Positions 36,146 to 43,402 of a stretch of DNA of 43,402 nt are shown piece by piece (position 1 is the first letter of the stretch; each line of letters opens with the position of its first letter). The stretch is taken from positions 1 to 43,402 of the forward strand of contig JASICF010000348.1 in assembly GCA_030044775.1 (NCBI GenBank), read 5' to 3'. A program made the translations under genes and the position numbers. The notes below the pieces were generated by a model. That model saw nothing but the letters and a program-made list of their open reading frames with translations, was not told where the DNA came from and did not search any database. This stretch comes from Candidatus Sulfotelmatobacter sp. (GTDB lineage Bacteria > Acidobacteriota > Terriglobia > Terriglobales > Acidobacteriaceae).

Positions 36146-37477
36146 TCACCGCGCCCTGGAGAATTCTTCAACCTGCGGCCGCTGTAGCCACTTTGTCTTT
36201 TCGCAATATTCGTAGAGTTCTTCGCGGAAGTTGGGGTGAGCGATTTCGATCAGGGCTTTTGCGCGTTCGCGGATTGTCTTCCCGTGCAGAAAAGCAACCC
36301 CGAACTCCGTGACGACGTAACGCACCAGGCCACGCGATGTCACCACGCCCGCGCCGGGGCTGAGCATGGGAACAATCCGAGAAATCTTCCCGCCTTTCGC
36401 CGACGACGGAATCGCGATGATCGGCTTTCCGCCTTTGGAGTAAGCCGCTCCGCGCAGGAAATCGACCTGGCCGCCGATACCGCTATAGAAATGATTCCCA
36501 ATCGAGTCCGAGCAAACCTGCCCGGTAAGATCGATTTGCAAAGCGGAGTTGATCGCGACCATGTTGTCGTTGCGAGCCACCGACATGGGATGGTTCGTAT
36601 AGGCCGTGGGATGGAACTCGAAGATCGGGTTGTTATCGACAAATTCAAAAAGTTTTTTCGTTCCCAGGCCGAAGCCAACGATGATCTTGCGGGGATTGAA
36701 ATTTTTGCGCGCACCCGTGATCACGCCTGCCTTGATCAGGGGAATCAGAGCATCCGAGATCATTTCGCTGTGCACACCCAGGTCTTTGCGATCGGCGAGG
36801 TAGGGCAAGACGGCATCGGGAATTCCGCCGATTCCCAACTGCAGCACGGCTCCATCGTCGACCAAGCGGGCGACATTTTTCGCGATCGCAAGCTGCATCT
36901 CACCGATCTCGGGCTTTTTCGCCTCGGCCAAGGGCCGCGATGACTCGACGATGGCGTCGATTTCACTGACATGAATAAAACTGTCACCATACGTGCGCGG
37001 CATCTGGTCGTTGATTTGCGCGATGACGAAGCGCGCACACTTGGCCGCGGTGAGAGACGTATCGACGCTGATGCCGAAACTGCAAAATCCATGGCTATCC
37101 GGAGGGGAGAGCTGAAGCAGCGCCACATCGATAGGCATAGCGCCGCTTTCAAACAGATTTTCGATTTCGCTGAGGTTGATGGGGGTGTAGTCGGCGCGGC
37201 CCTCGTTGATGGCGCCACGGACATTCGCACCTATAAACATCGCATTGTGCCGGAAGTGTCCCTCCATTTCCGGCGCGATGTAGGGTGCGCAGCCCATGGT
37301 CATCAGGTGAACCACTTCCACGTCGTGGACATGGGGCCCGCGCCGCATGAGCGCTTCGGCCAGCGTCTCCGGTTCGGCGCAGCCCGGCTGAATGTAAACG
37401 CGCATGCCCGAGCGCAGATGTTCTAACGCCTGATCGGCGGTCTGCAGACGGCGTTTGTATTCGCCTATCCACGACAT
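36146..37477 (-). CDS. acetyl-CoA hydrolase/transferase family protein (4-hydroxybutyrate CoA-transferase-like)
   Basis: 443 aa. ...QLGIGGIPDAV..., EMISD, GGQVDF motif typical of this family. Confidence 0.85.
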   Translation of the reverse strand: MSWIGEYKRRLQTADQALEHLRSGMRVYIQPGCAEPETLAEALMRRGPHVHDVEVVHLMTMGCAPYIAPEMEGHFRHNAMFIGANVRGAINEGRADYTPINLSEIENLFESGAMPIDVALLQLSPPDSHGFCSFGISVDTSLTAAKCARFVIAQINDQMPRTYGDSFIHVSEIDAIVESSRPLAEAKKPEIGEMQLAIAKNVARLVDDGAVLQLGIGGIPDAVLPYLADRKDLGVHSEMISDALIPLIKAGVITGARKNFNPRKIIVGFGLGTKKLFEFVDNNPIFEFHPTAYTNHPMSVARNDNMVAINSALQIDLTGQVCSDSIGNHFYSGIGGQVDFLRGAAYSKGGKPIIAIPSSAKGGKISRIVPMLSPGAGVVTSRGLVRYVVTEFGVAFLHGKTIRERAKALIEIAHPNFREELYEYCEKTKWLQRPQVEEFSRAR

Positions 37478-37874
37478 TGGCGTTGTCCCCCACTAACCGG
37501 CGGTTATTTGTTCTCGAGCGTGGACCTCAATAAGGCGGATGAATCTGTAGGTGATGATCATGCCCCCACCTCGTCATGATGATCGTCGTCGCGCAGGAGA
37601 AAACGGGCCATGATGAAGCGCACAGTGGGATGTGATCGCCATCACAGGTACATCGACGTTCGTAACTTATCCGCGCGGCAAAGTCGTGCAGCGAACCCAC
37701 TCCGGCGGGACGAGGCACTATGCACATCAAGCATTTACAACGCCGTCAATTACCGGCGTAACTATCAGGCACCAATCGGCTGTGTTACAGATTGTTAATG
37801 GTGGTTGGAACACCGACGCGAACTACCATCGCGCGTAGTTTTTCCGCAACCTTGGACGGTGAACCGAGGAGAAA

Positions 37875-38246
37875 ATGGCTAAGAAAATCCTTGTTGTAGA
37901 CGACTCAAAGACAGCCCTCATGATGGAGCGCGAGATTCTGGAGCGGCGGACACCGTACCAGTGCGTGACCGCCAGCGATGGGCAGGAAGCGGTCGAAAAG
38001 GCGCAGCAGGAGCAACCTGATCTGATTTTGATGGATGTGGTCATGCCGCGCATGAATGGATTTGAAGCCTGCAAGATGATCCGCAAGAGCACCAGCACCC
38101 GCGAGATTCCCATTGTCCTGGTGACGACGCGCGGCGAAGAGTCCTACATGGAAGCCGGGTTCCAAAGCGGCTGCAACGATTACATAACCAAGCCGGTGAA
38201 CGGCTCAGAACTGGTGGCCCTGCTGCAGAGCTACCTGGGTGAATAA
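37875..38246 (+). CDS. cheY: CheY-like response regulator
   Basis: KILVVDDSKT ... DLILMDVVMPRMNG ... IVLVTTRG ... YITKPV. GAGGAG SD. Confidence 0.9.
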   Translation: MAKKILVVDDSKTALMMEREILERRTPYQCVTASDGQEAVEKAQQEQPDLILMDVVMPRMNGFEACKMIRKSTSTREIPIVLVTTRGEESYMEAGFQSGCNDYITKPVNGSELVALLQSYLGE

Positions 38247-38293
38247 CGGCGAGCGATCCGCCGCTCACCCCGCGGAATTGCACAGGACCATTG

Positions 38294-38836
38294 ATGAATC
38301 TGAACAAACAAGCCATGGCGGCAAAGCCCGCACGCGCCGCCGATCCGATGAATGAACTGCGTCTAGCCACGGCGCGGAAAAGGTTAGCCGAAAGCACCAG
38401 CCAGGAAGACGCGATTGAAGGTTTGCGCGAGATTGTGGCGAATTTGCTTGGCTGCGAAGAAATCGGCCTGTTCAAAGTCAATTCCGATCGCCGGACGTTT
38501 TCAGTTTGCTGGTCGTTTGGCGCCGACCTGGAAAACTACGATTTGTTTACGGCCTTGGGCACGGCCGGCCGCGGCCAGGTAATGCAAGGCGAGTGCCATC
38601 TGATGGTGCAAGACCCAGATCGCACAGGCGGCATGGCGAAGGGCCAGGCATTCGTTCCTTTACGAGTTGGGAACCAAACCGTCGGCATCCTGGCAATCTT
38701 GCGCCTTTTGCCGCAAAAAGCCGCATTCGACGCCCACGATGTGGAACTCTTCAAACTTCTTTCGGAGGAGGCGGCTAAGCCCCTTTTTGGCGTAAGCAGC
38801 GATTCGAAGACGCGAAAAAAGCGCCAAGGAATCTAA
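38294..38836 (+). CDS. stand-alone GAF-domain protein inside the che operon
   Basis: About 180 aa. GAF-like pattern (IVANLLGCEEIGLFKV ... AFVPLRVGNQTVGILAILRLLPQKAAFDAHDVELFKLLSEEAA). 2-nt gap to cheD. Confidence 0.65.
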   Translation: MNLNKQAMAAKPARAADPMNELRLATARKRLAESTSQEDAIEGLREIVANLLGCEEIGLFKVNSDRRTFSVCWSFGADLENYDLFTALGTAGRGQVMQGECHLMVQDPDRTGGMAKGQAFVPLRVGNQTVGILAILRLLPQKAAFDAHDVELFKLLSEEAAKPLFGVSSDSKTRKKRQGI

Positions 38837-38838
38837 CC

Positions 38839-39378
38839 ATGAAAGAAAATTCCCCCAAGTTTAATCCCGCAATGCTGCCCACGGAGGTCATGAAGACTTA
38901 CGAGGTGGCAGAGCGAACCGGGTCACGGCACTTCCTGTATCCCGGACAGGTCTTCGCGACTCCAGATCCAATCGTGATCTCGACCATCCTCGGCTCCTGC
39001 GCGGCGGTTTGCCTCTGGGACCGACGGAAAAGAGCCGGCGGCATGAACCATTACCTTCTGCCGGATGGCGCGACCGACGGCCCCAACCGCTTGCGATACG
39101 GCAACGTCGCCAATCCAGAACTGTTGAAGCAAGTGCTGGCGCTGGGATGCGAGGTCAAGAATCTGCAAGCGAAAATCTTTGGTGGATCAAGCGCTTTTTC
39201 CGCCGACCTGTCGAACTCCCTGGGCACACGCAACATCGACCTTGCAGAAAACTTTCTTCGCTCGGCTGGCATTCCGGTCGTAGAACGCGATGTCTCCGGC
39301 AAGCATGGCCGCAGGTTGCTTTTTCAGATAGAGGATGGCCTAACCACGATCAAGAGTTTCGATCAAGCGTCGGTTTGA
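38839..39378 (+). CDS. cheD: chemoreceptor glutamine deamidase CheD
   Basis: 179 aa. ISTILGSCAAVCLWD (catalytic Cys context), MNHYLLPDG, KIFGG. Confidence 0.85.
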   Translation: MKENSPKFNPAMLPTEVMKTYEVAERTGSRHFLYPGQVFATPDPIVISTILGSCAAVCLWDRRKRAGGMNHYLLPDGATDGPNRLRYGNVANPELLKQVLALGCEVKNLQAKIFGGSSAFSADLSNSLGTRNIDLAENFLRSAGIPVVERDVSGKHGRRLLFQIEDGLTTIKSFDQASV

Positions 39379-39407
39379 AACGGTAATGGGAGCGGAAAGG
39401 AGGAGCA

Positions 39408-41060
39408 ATGGATTTGGCGGATTTTGACCGCGGAGCGGTGCTGGCGTCGTTCCTCGTCGAATCCGAGGAGGGCCTTGACGCGATGGAACAGGCACTGGTT
39501 CAGATGGAAACGAACCCCTCCGATCTTGAACTCCTGCACACGATCTTTCGCGTCGCCCACAGCATCAAGGGGAATGCGACTTCCCTGGAATTGCCGGAAC
39601 TCGCGGGCTTCGCGCACGTAGTTGAAGATTTGCTGGATGTTTTTCGCGAGCAACAGGCCCTGCCTGGCCCCGAGTTGATTTCGCTGTTGCTCAAAGCGGT
39701 CGATGAACTCCGCGCCATGGTTGCCGGCGCCCAAGCCGGCCCGGTCGAGCTTACGCAACAGCAGAACCGGCTCCGGAAAGAAATTGCGCGGGAGGTGGAA
39801 AAACGCTCGAAGCGTGTGGTGACCACCAATGGCGCCCGCGAAGAAACGCCCTCCGGACCGAAGCTCGACGCTCTGCCCAATCCCAACCACCGCACGCTGC
39901 GAGCCGATGTCGATAAGCTCGACCACATGCTGAACCTGACCGGGGAAATCGTAATCGCCCAAGGTCGCCTGCGGCAGATGATCGAAAAACTGAGCGGCGA
40001 ACAGGGGCGCGCCATCCTCGAAATGCACCGCGAGGCCGAGCGCCTGTACATGGATCTGCAGAGTGAAGTGATGAGCATCCGCATGGTCCCGGTGGGTCCG
40101 CTCTTTCGTCAGTTCGTGCGCTCAGTCCGCGACCTCGCCAAGACGCACGGAAAAATAGCGCGCCTGGAAGTGACTGGCGGAGATGTTGAGGTGGATACAA
40201 CGGTGCTCGAGCAGTTAAAAGACCCGCTGGTGCACCTCATTCGCAACGCAGTGGATCACGGCCTGGAAAAACCAGACATTCGTGAAGCCAGAGGAAAAAA
40301 CGCCTGCGGGGTGATCAGACTTTCAGCCGCGCACAGCGCCGGGAACATCGTGGTTACGCTGCAGGATGATGGAGCCGGATTCGATCGCCAGAGAATTCTC
40401 GAAAAAGCTCGGCGAGTCGGGCTCGTCTCCTCCAAGGAAGACCTGCGCGAACAGGATATCTACAGCCTTGTTTTTCAAGCAGGTTTCTCGACCGCTGAGA
40501 CGGTTACGGATCTTTCCGGTCGCGGCGTTGGTCTGGATGTGGTGCGCCGCAACATTGACAATCTGCGGGGCACGGTTGAGGTCACAAGCACCGAGGCCAA
40601 AGGCAGCACGATCACGATCCGCCTGCCGTTGACGCTCGCCATCATCGAGGGATTCTCCGTAAAAGTCGGCAGCGAAGTTTTTATCGTTCCGTTGGAGCAC
40701 GTTACGGAGTGCACCGAATTGCCTGCCGAGCAGCGTAACGCGGAAGCCAGCGGAATTCTTAGCCTGCGCGGAGATCCGCTTCCCTATGTGCGGTTGCGGC
40801 GCGCCTTCAGCCTGCCTGGGCAGATTCCAAGTAAAGAGAACATCGTGGTCGTGAAGATTAACGAATTTTACGCGGGGATTGCCGTCGATGAACTGCTCGG
40901 CGGAATGCAGACTGTGATTAAGCCGCTGGGTCGAGCCTTCCGCGCGGTGCACGGCATTGCCGGTTCCACCGTGCTGGGCGATGGGCGAGTGGGTTTGATT
41001 CTCGACGTTCCCAACCTTTTGCGGGGAGTGATGCAGTCGAGCCTGCAGGCACAAGCTTAG
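39408..41060 (+). CDS. cheA: chemotaxis histidine kinase CheA (short form: Hpt-dimerisation-HATPase-CheW-like)
   Basis: Hpt FRVAHSIKGNA. HLIRNAVDHG. DDGAGFD. SGRGVGLDVV. C-terminal CheW-like domain. No recognisable P2 domain. Confidence 0.95.
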   Translation: MDLADFDRGAVLASFLVESEEGLDAMEQALVQMETNPSDLELLHTIFRVAHSIKGNATSLELPELAGFAHVVEDLLDVFREQQALPGPELISLLLKAVDELRAMVAGAQAGPVELTQQQNRLRKEIAREVEKRSKRVVTTNGAREETPSGPKLDALPNPNHRTLRADVDKLDHMLNLTGEIVIAQGRLRQMIEKLSGEQGRAILEMHREAERLYMDLQSEVMSIRMVPVGPLFRQFVRSVRDLAKTHGKIARLEVTGGDVEVDTTVLEQLKDPLVHLIRNAVDHGLEKPDIREARGKNACGVIRLSAAHSAGNIVVTLQDDGAGFDRQRILEKARRVGLVSSKEDLREQDIYSLVFQAGFSTAETVTDLSGRGVGLDVVRRNIDNLRGTVEVTSTEAKGSTITIRLPLTLAIIEGFSVKVGSEVFIVPLEHVTECTELPAEQRNAEASGILSLRGDPLPYVRLRRAFSLPGQIPSKENIVVVKINEFYAGIAVDELLGGMQTVIKPLGRAFRAVHGIAGSTVLGDGRVGLILDVPNLLRGVMQSSLQAQA

Positions 41061-41103
41061 AAACTCATAGATTGCGAATAGGAAAGCATTGAGGGAGAAA
41101 GAA

Positions 41104-42747
41104 ATGAAAACCTGGCAAGATCAGAAAATCGGGACGCGGCTGGGAGTCGTGTTCGGGACCGTTCTATTGTTCGTGATTGTAGCGGCGGGAATCGGGCTGA
41201 ACTGGCTGAGCCGACTCAACTCCGAAATGTCCGCGACCCTGCAGAAGCGCTACAACATCGTGGAGCTTACCCACCGGACAATCGAGAATTCGATCACCAA
41301 TGCCAGGGTTACGTTTCAACTGTTTGAGACCAAGGATCCAGCCGAGGAGAAACGGCTGAACGCAGAAAACGAAGGGGTAAGCGCGGAAATCACCACTCAG
41401 GTCGCCGCCATCGAGAAAAGTCTGAGCTCGCCCGAGGAGCGGGAAATGTTCGACCTCGTCATGCAGGACCGAGAGGCCTACCGCGTAACTCGGGCAAAAG
41501 CCAAGGAACTGCTGCTCGCCAACAAACGCGACGAGGCGTTTCAAGCGTTGGGTCAAAATGTGATTCCGGTCCTCGACAAGTACCGCGCCGAGTGGGGAAA
41601 GTTCATTGACCTGCAAACCGCGGCCATGCAAAAAAGCATGGAAGAAAGCCAGCGAGCATACTTCGTGGCGCGCCGGATCGCGATATCGCTGGTGTTCGGT
41701 GTTCTGATTCTTGGTTTGATCACGGCCTATAGCGTCACGCGCAGCATCACGGTTCCAATCCGCCAGGTTGTCGAACATGCGGAAAAGATCGCAGCCGGCG
41801 ATTTGACCACCGAAATCCCGGTTACAAACAGCTCCGAAACGGGCCAATTGCAACAAGCCATGTACAACATGAGCAAGAAGCTTTCGGGCATCATCCGGGA
41901 CGTACGTGAGGGTTCGGCGGCAGTTGCTTCGGCGGCGCAGCAGGTTTCCGCGTCATCGCAGAGTTTGTCGCAGGGCACGAGCGAGCAGGCGGCGTCGGTG
42001 GAAGAAATGAGTTCCAGTCTTGAACAAATGAATGCCTCGATCACGCAGAACGCCGACAACAGCCGTCAGGTGGAACAAGCGGCGGCGAAGGGCGCAAGCG
42101 CAGCCGAGGAAAGCGGCAGCGCGGTGAAAGAGACCGTCGAGGCCATGAAACAGATTGCCGCAAAAATCTCGGTGATCGAGGAGATCGCCTATCAAACGAA
42201 CCTTCTTGCGCTCAACGCTGCAATTGAAGCGGCTCGCGCCGGAGATCAAGGTCGCGGCTTCGCCGTGGTGGCAGTGGAAGTCCGGAAACTGGCCGAGCGA
42301 AGCCAGATCGCCGCTCAAGAGATCGGCGGGCTCGCCGGCAAGAGCGTCAAGATCGCAGAGCACTCAGGCCAACTGCTGGGCGATCTGGTTCCGTCGATCA
42401 AGAAGACTGCCGAGCTGGTGCAGGATGTAGCGGCCGCCTCCACCGAACAATCCGGCGGGGTGACGCAGATCAACCGGGCTATGGCGCAAGTGGACACTGT
42501 GACCCAGCGCAACGCGTCGTCGGCTGAAGAGCTTTCGAGCACCGCCGAAGAGTTGGCGGCGCAGTCTGAGCAACTGCAACAGTTGATGACTTTCTTCCGG
42601 GTCAGCGGAGAACAGTACGCGCGTGTGAACAGCGGCGAGAAGCGGATGACGATGCCCTTGAATCCGACGTTCAAAGGTTTTTCCCAGCGAAGCTCGAAAA
42701 CGACCGGGGGGAGAGTTGAGGAGGAGGCGAATTTCTCTCCGTTCTAA
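41104..42747 (+). CDS. methyl-accepting chemotaxis protein (4-helix-bundle sensor, HAMP, MA domain)
   Basis: TM1, periplasmic helical domain, TM2, HAMP ([20 protein letters not shown]), highly conserved hairpin [41 protein letters not shown]. The ATG at 41104 follows GGGAGAAAG. Confidence 0.95.
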   Translation: MKTWQDQKIGTRLGVVFGTVLLFVIVAAGIGLNWLSRLNSEMSATLQKRYNIVELTHRTIENSITNARVTFQLFETKDPAEEKRLNAENEGVSAEITTQVAAIEKSLSSPEEREMFDLVMQDREAYRVTRAKAKELLLANKRDEAFQALGQNVIPVLDKYRAEWGKFIDLQTAAMQKSMEESQRAYFVARRIAISLVFGVLILGLITAYSVTRSITVPIRQVVEHAEKIAAGDLTTEIPVTNSSETGQLQQAMYNMSKKLSGIIRDVREGSAAVASAAQQVSASSQSLSQGTSEQAASVEEMSSSLEQMNASITQNADNSRQVEQAAAKGASAAEESGSAVKETVEAMKQIAAKISVIEEIAYQTNLLALNAAIEAARAGDQGRGFAVVAVEVRKLAERSQIAAQEIGGLAGKSVKIAEHSGQLLGDLVPSIKKTAELVQDVAAASTEQSGGVTQINRAMAQVDTVTQRNASSAEELSSTAEELAAQSEQLQQLMTFFRVSGEQYARVNSGEKRMTMPLNPTFKGFSQRSSKTTGGRVEEEANFSPF

Positions 42748-42836
42748 GAGATGCGGCGGCTACAAAACAGAGTCGATCTGCCGGCCGCCGGGACCCCATT
42801 CGGCACCGACCGGCTGAAACGTGAGGATTGAAAATT

Positions 42837-43402
42837 ATGGGAGCGAAGAGCCAGGGAAAAGAGCAACTCCCGGTAAACAAAGCGCAGTATCTGACCTTCT
42901 TCACTGCGGGTGAGGAGTACGCGGTCGCGATTGCGAAGGTCCGCGAAATTATCGAATACGATACGGTCACGACTGTGCCGAACACACCGCCGTGGATCAG
43001 CGGCGTCACGAACCTTCGAGGCAAGGTCATTCCGGTAGTCGATCTCGCGGTGAAGTTTGGGATGCAGCCAAGCCGCATCTCAAAGTTTTCGTGCATCATC
43101 GTCACCGACGTGATGTTTCAGGGCGAAAGCATCACCATGGGTATTCTCTCCGATGCGGTGAGCCAGGTGATTGACCTTTCCGCTGACGAAATTGAGAAAA
43201 CGCCGCCCTTCGGCACGCGGGTGAAAACCGAATACCTGTTGGGCATGGGAGTTATGGGCAAGAAGTTTTGCCTGATCCTCGATATCGATAAAGTTCTCTC
43301 TGCAGATGAGGTGCTTGCGGTGACCGGATCGCTTGAGGAAGCGAGCGAGAGCAACCCTGGCGGCGATGTTGAGGCCAAGAGTAGCAACGAGAGGCAGTCT
43401 CA
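42837..43402 (+). CDS. cheW: CheW coupling protein (3' end open at the window edge)
   Basis: Translated by hand: MGAKSQGKEQLPVNKAQYLTFFTAGEEYAVAIAKVREIIEYDTVTTVPNTPPWISGVTNLRGKVIPVVDLAVKFG.... No stop occurs before 43402, so it is absent from the ORF track. GAGGA SD. Confidence 0.88.
   Translation, partial: MGAKSQGKEQLPVNKAQYLTFFTAGEEYAVAIAKVREIIEYDTVTTVPNTPPWISGVTNLRGKVIPVVDLAVKFGMQPSRISKFSCIIVTDVMFQGESITMGILSDAVSQVIDLSADEIEKTPPFGTRVKTEYLLGMGVMGKKFCLILDIDKVLSADEVLAVTGSLEEASESNPGGDVEAKSSNERQS

Noticed and set aside
37767-37781. Sigma-54 promoter (AGGCACCAATCGGCT) upstream of the second che operon
   Set aside because: The GG-to-GC spacing is one nt short of the TGGCAC-N5-TTGC consensus, and the -12 element lacks TTGC.

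Overview
This is a 43.4-kb GC-rich segment (roughly 58-60% GC by eye). It looks like ordinary chromosome from an Acidobacteriota (Terriglobia-like) genome. That assignment is an inference from three things: two tandem VWA proteins with the N-terminal 'VWFA-related acidobacterial domain' pattern, many stand-alone receiver proteins, and GC-rich hairpin REP-like repeats that generate long shadow ORFs.

All family calls come from motif recognition by eye in the supplied translations. No searches were run.

Content, left to right:
- cheY-cheX pair
- a lower-GC orphan membrane/coiled-coil gene
- two VWA paralogs
- a 4-gene GDP-D-glycero-alpha-D-manno-heptose operon (hddA, hddC, fused gmhA-gmhB, transaldolase-family gene)
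- an IS110-type transposase relic
- amidohydrolase-TPR protein
- PilZ plus a LuxR regulator with a degenerate receiver
- HtrA
- membrane HD-GYP-GAF protein
- S8 protease with a C-terminal hexapeptide repeat
- tRNA-Arg(UCG)
- small secreted protein
- receiver / anti-sigma / ECF sigma / receiver
- TetR plus a divergent DUF4157-like gene
- a REP-bracketed segment holding a DnaA-lid fragment and a PIN/RHH toxin-antitoxin pair
- ahcY, a Kelch propeller gene, metK
- CPBP protease, moaA, SGNH hydrolase, M48 protease, CoA-transferase
- a chemosensory operon cheY-GAF-cheD-cheA-mcp-cheW. cheW runs off the 3' end and is missing from the ORF track.

No rRNA, CRISPR array, intact mobile element or prophage was seen.

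I could not identify one clear-cut novel multi-gene system. The best second-look candidates are:
- the REP-bracketed TetR / DUF4157-like / DnaA-lid / PIN-RHH region (24.2-27.1 kb), which shares a 9-mer in its AT-rich promoters
- the codon-scrambled SEALWG repeat tail of the S8 protease
- the fused-enzyme heptose operon with its own transaldolase
- the PilZ + pseudo-receiver LuxR pair
- the GAF protein embedded in the che operon
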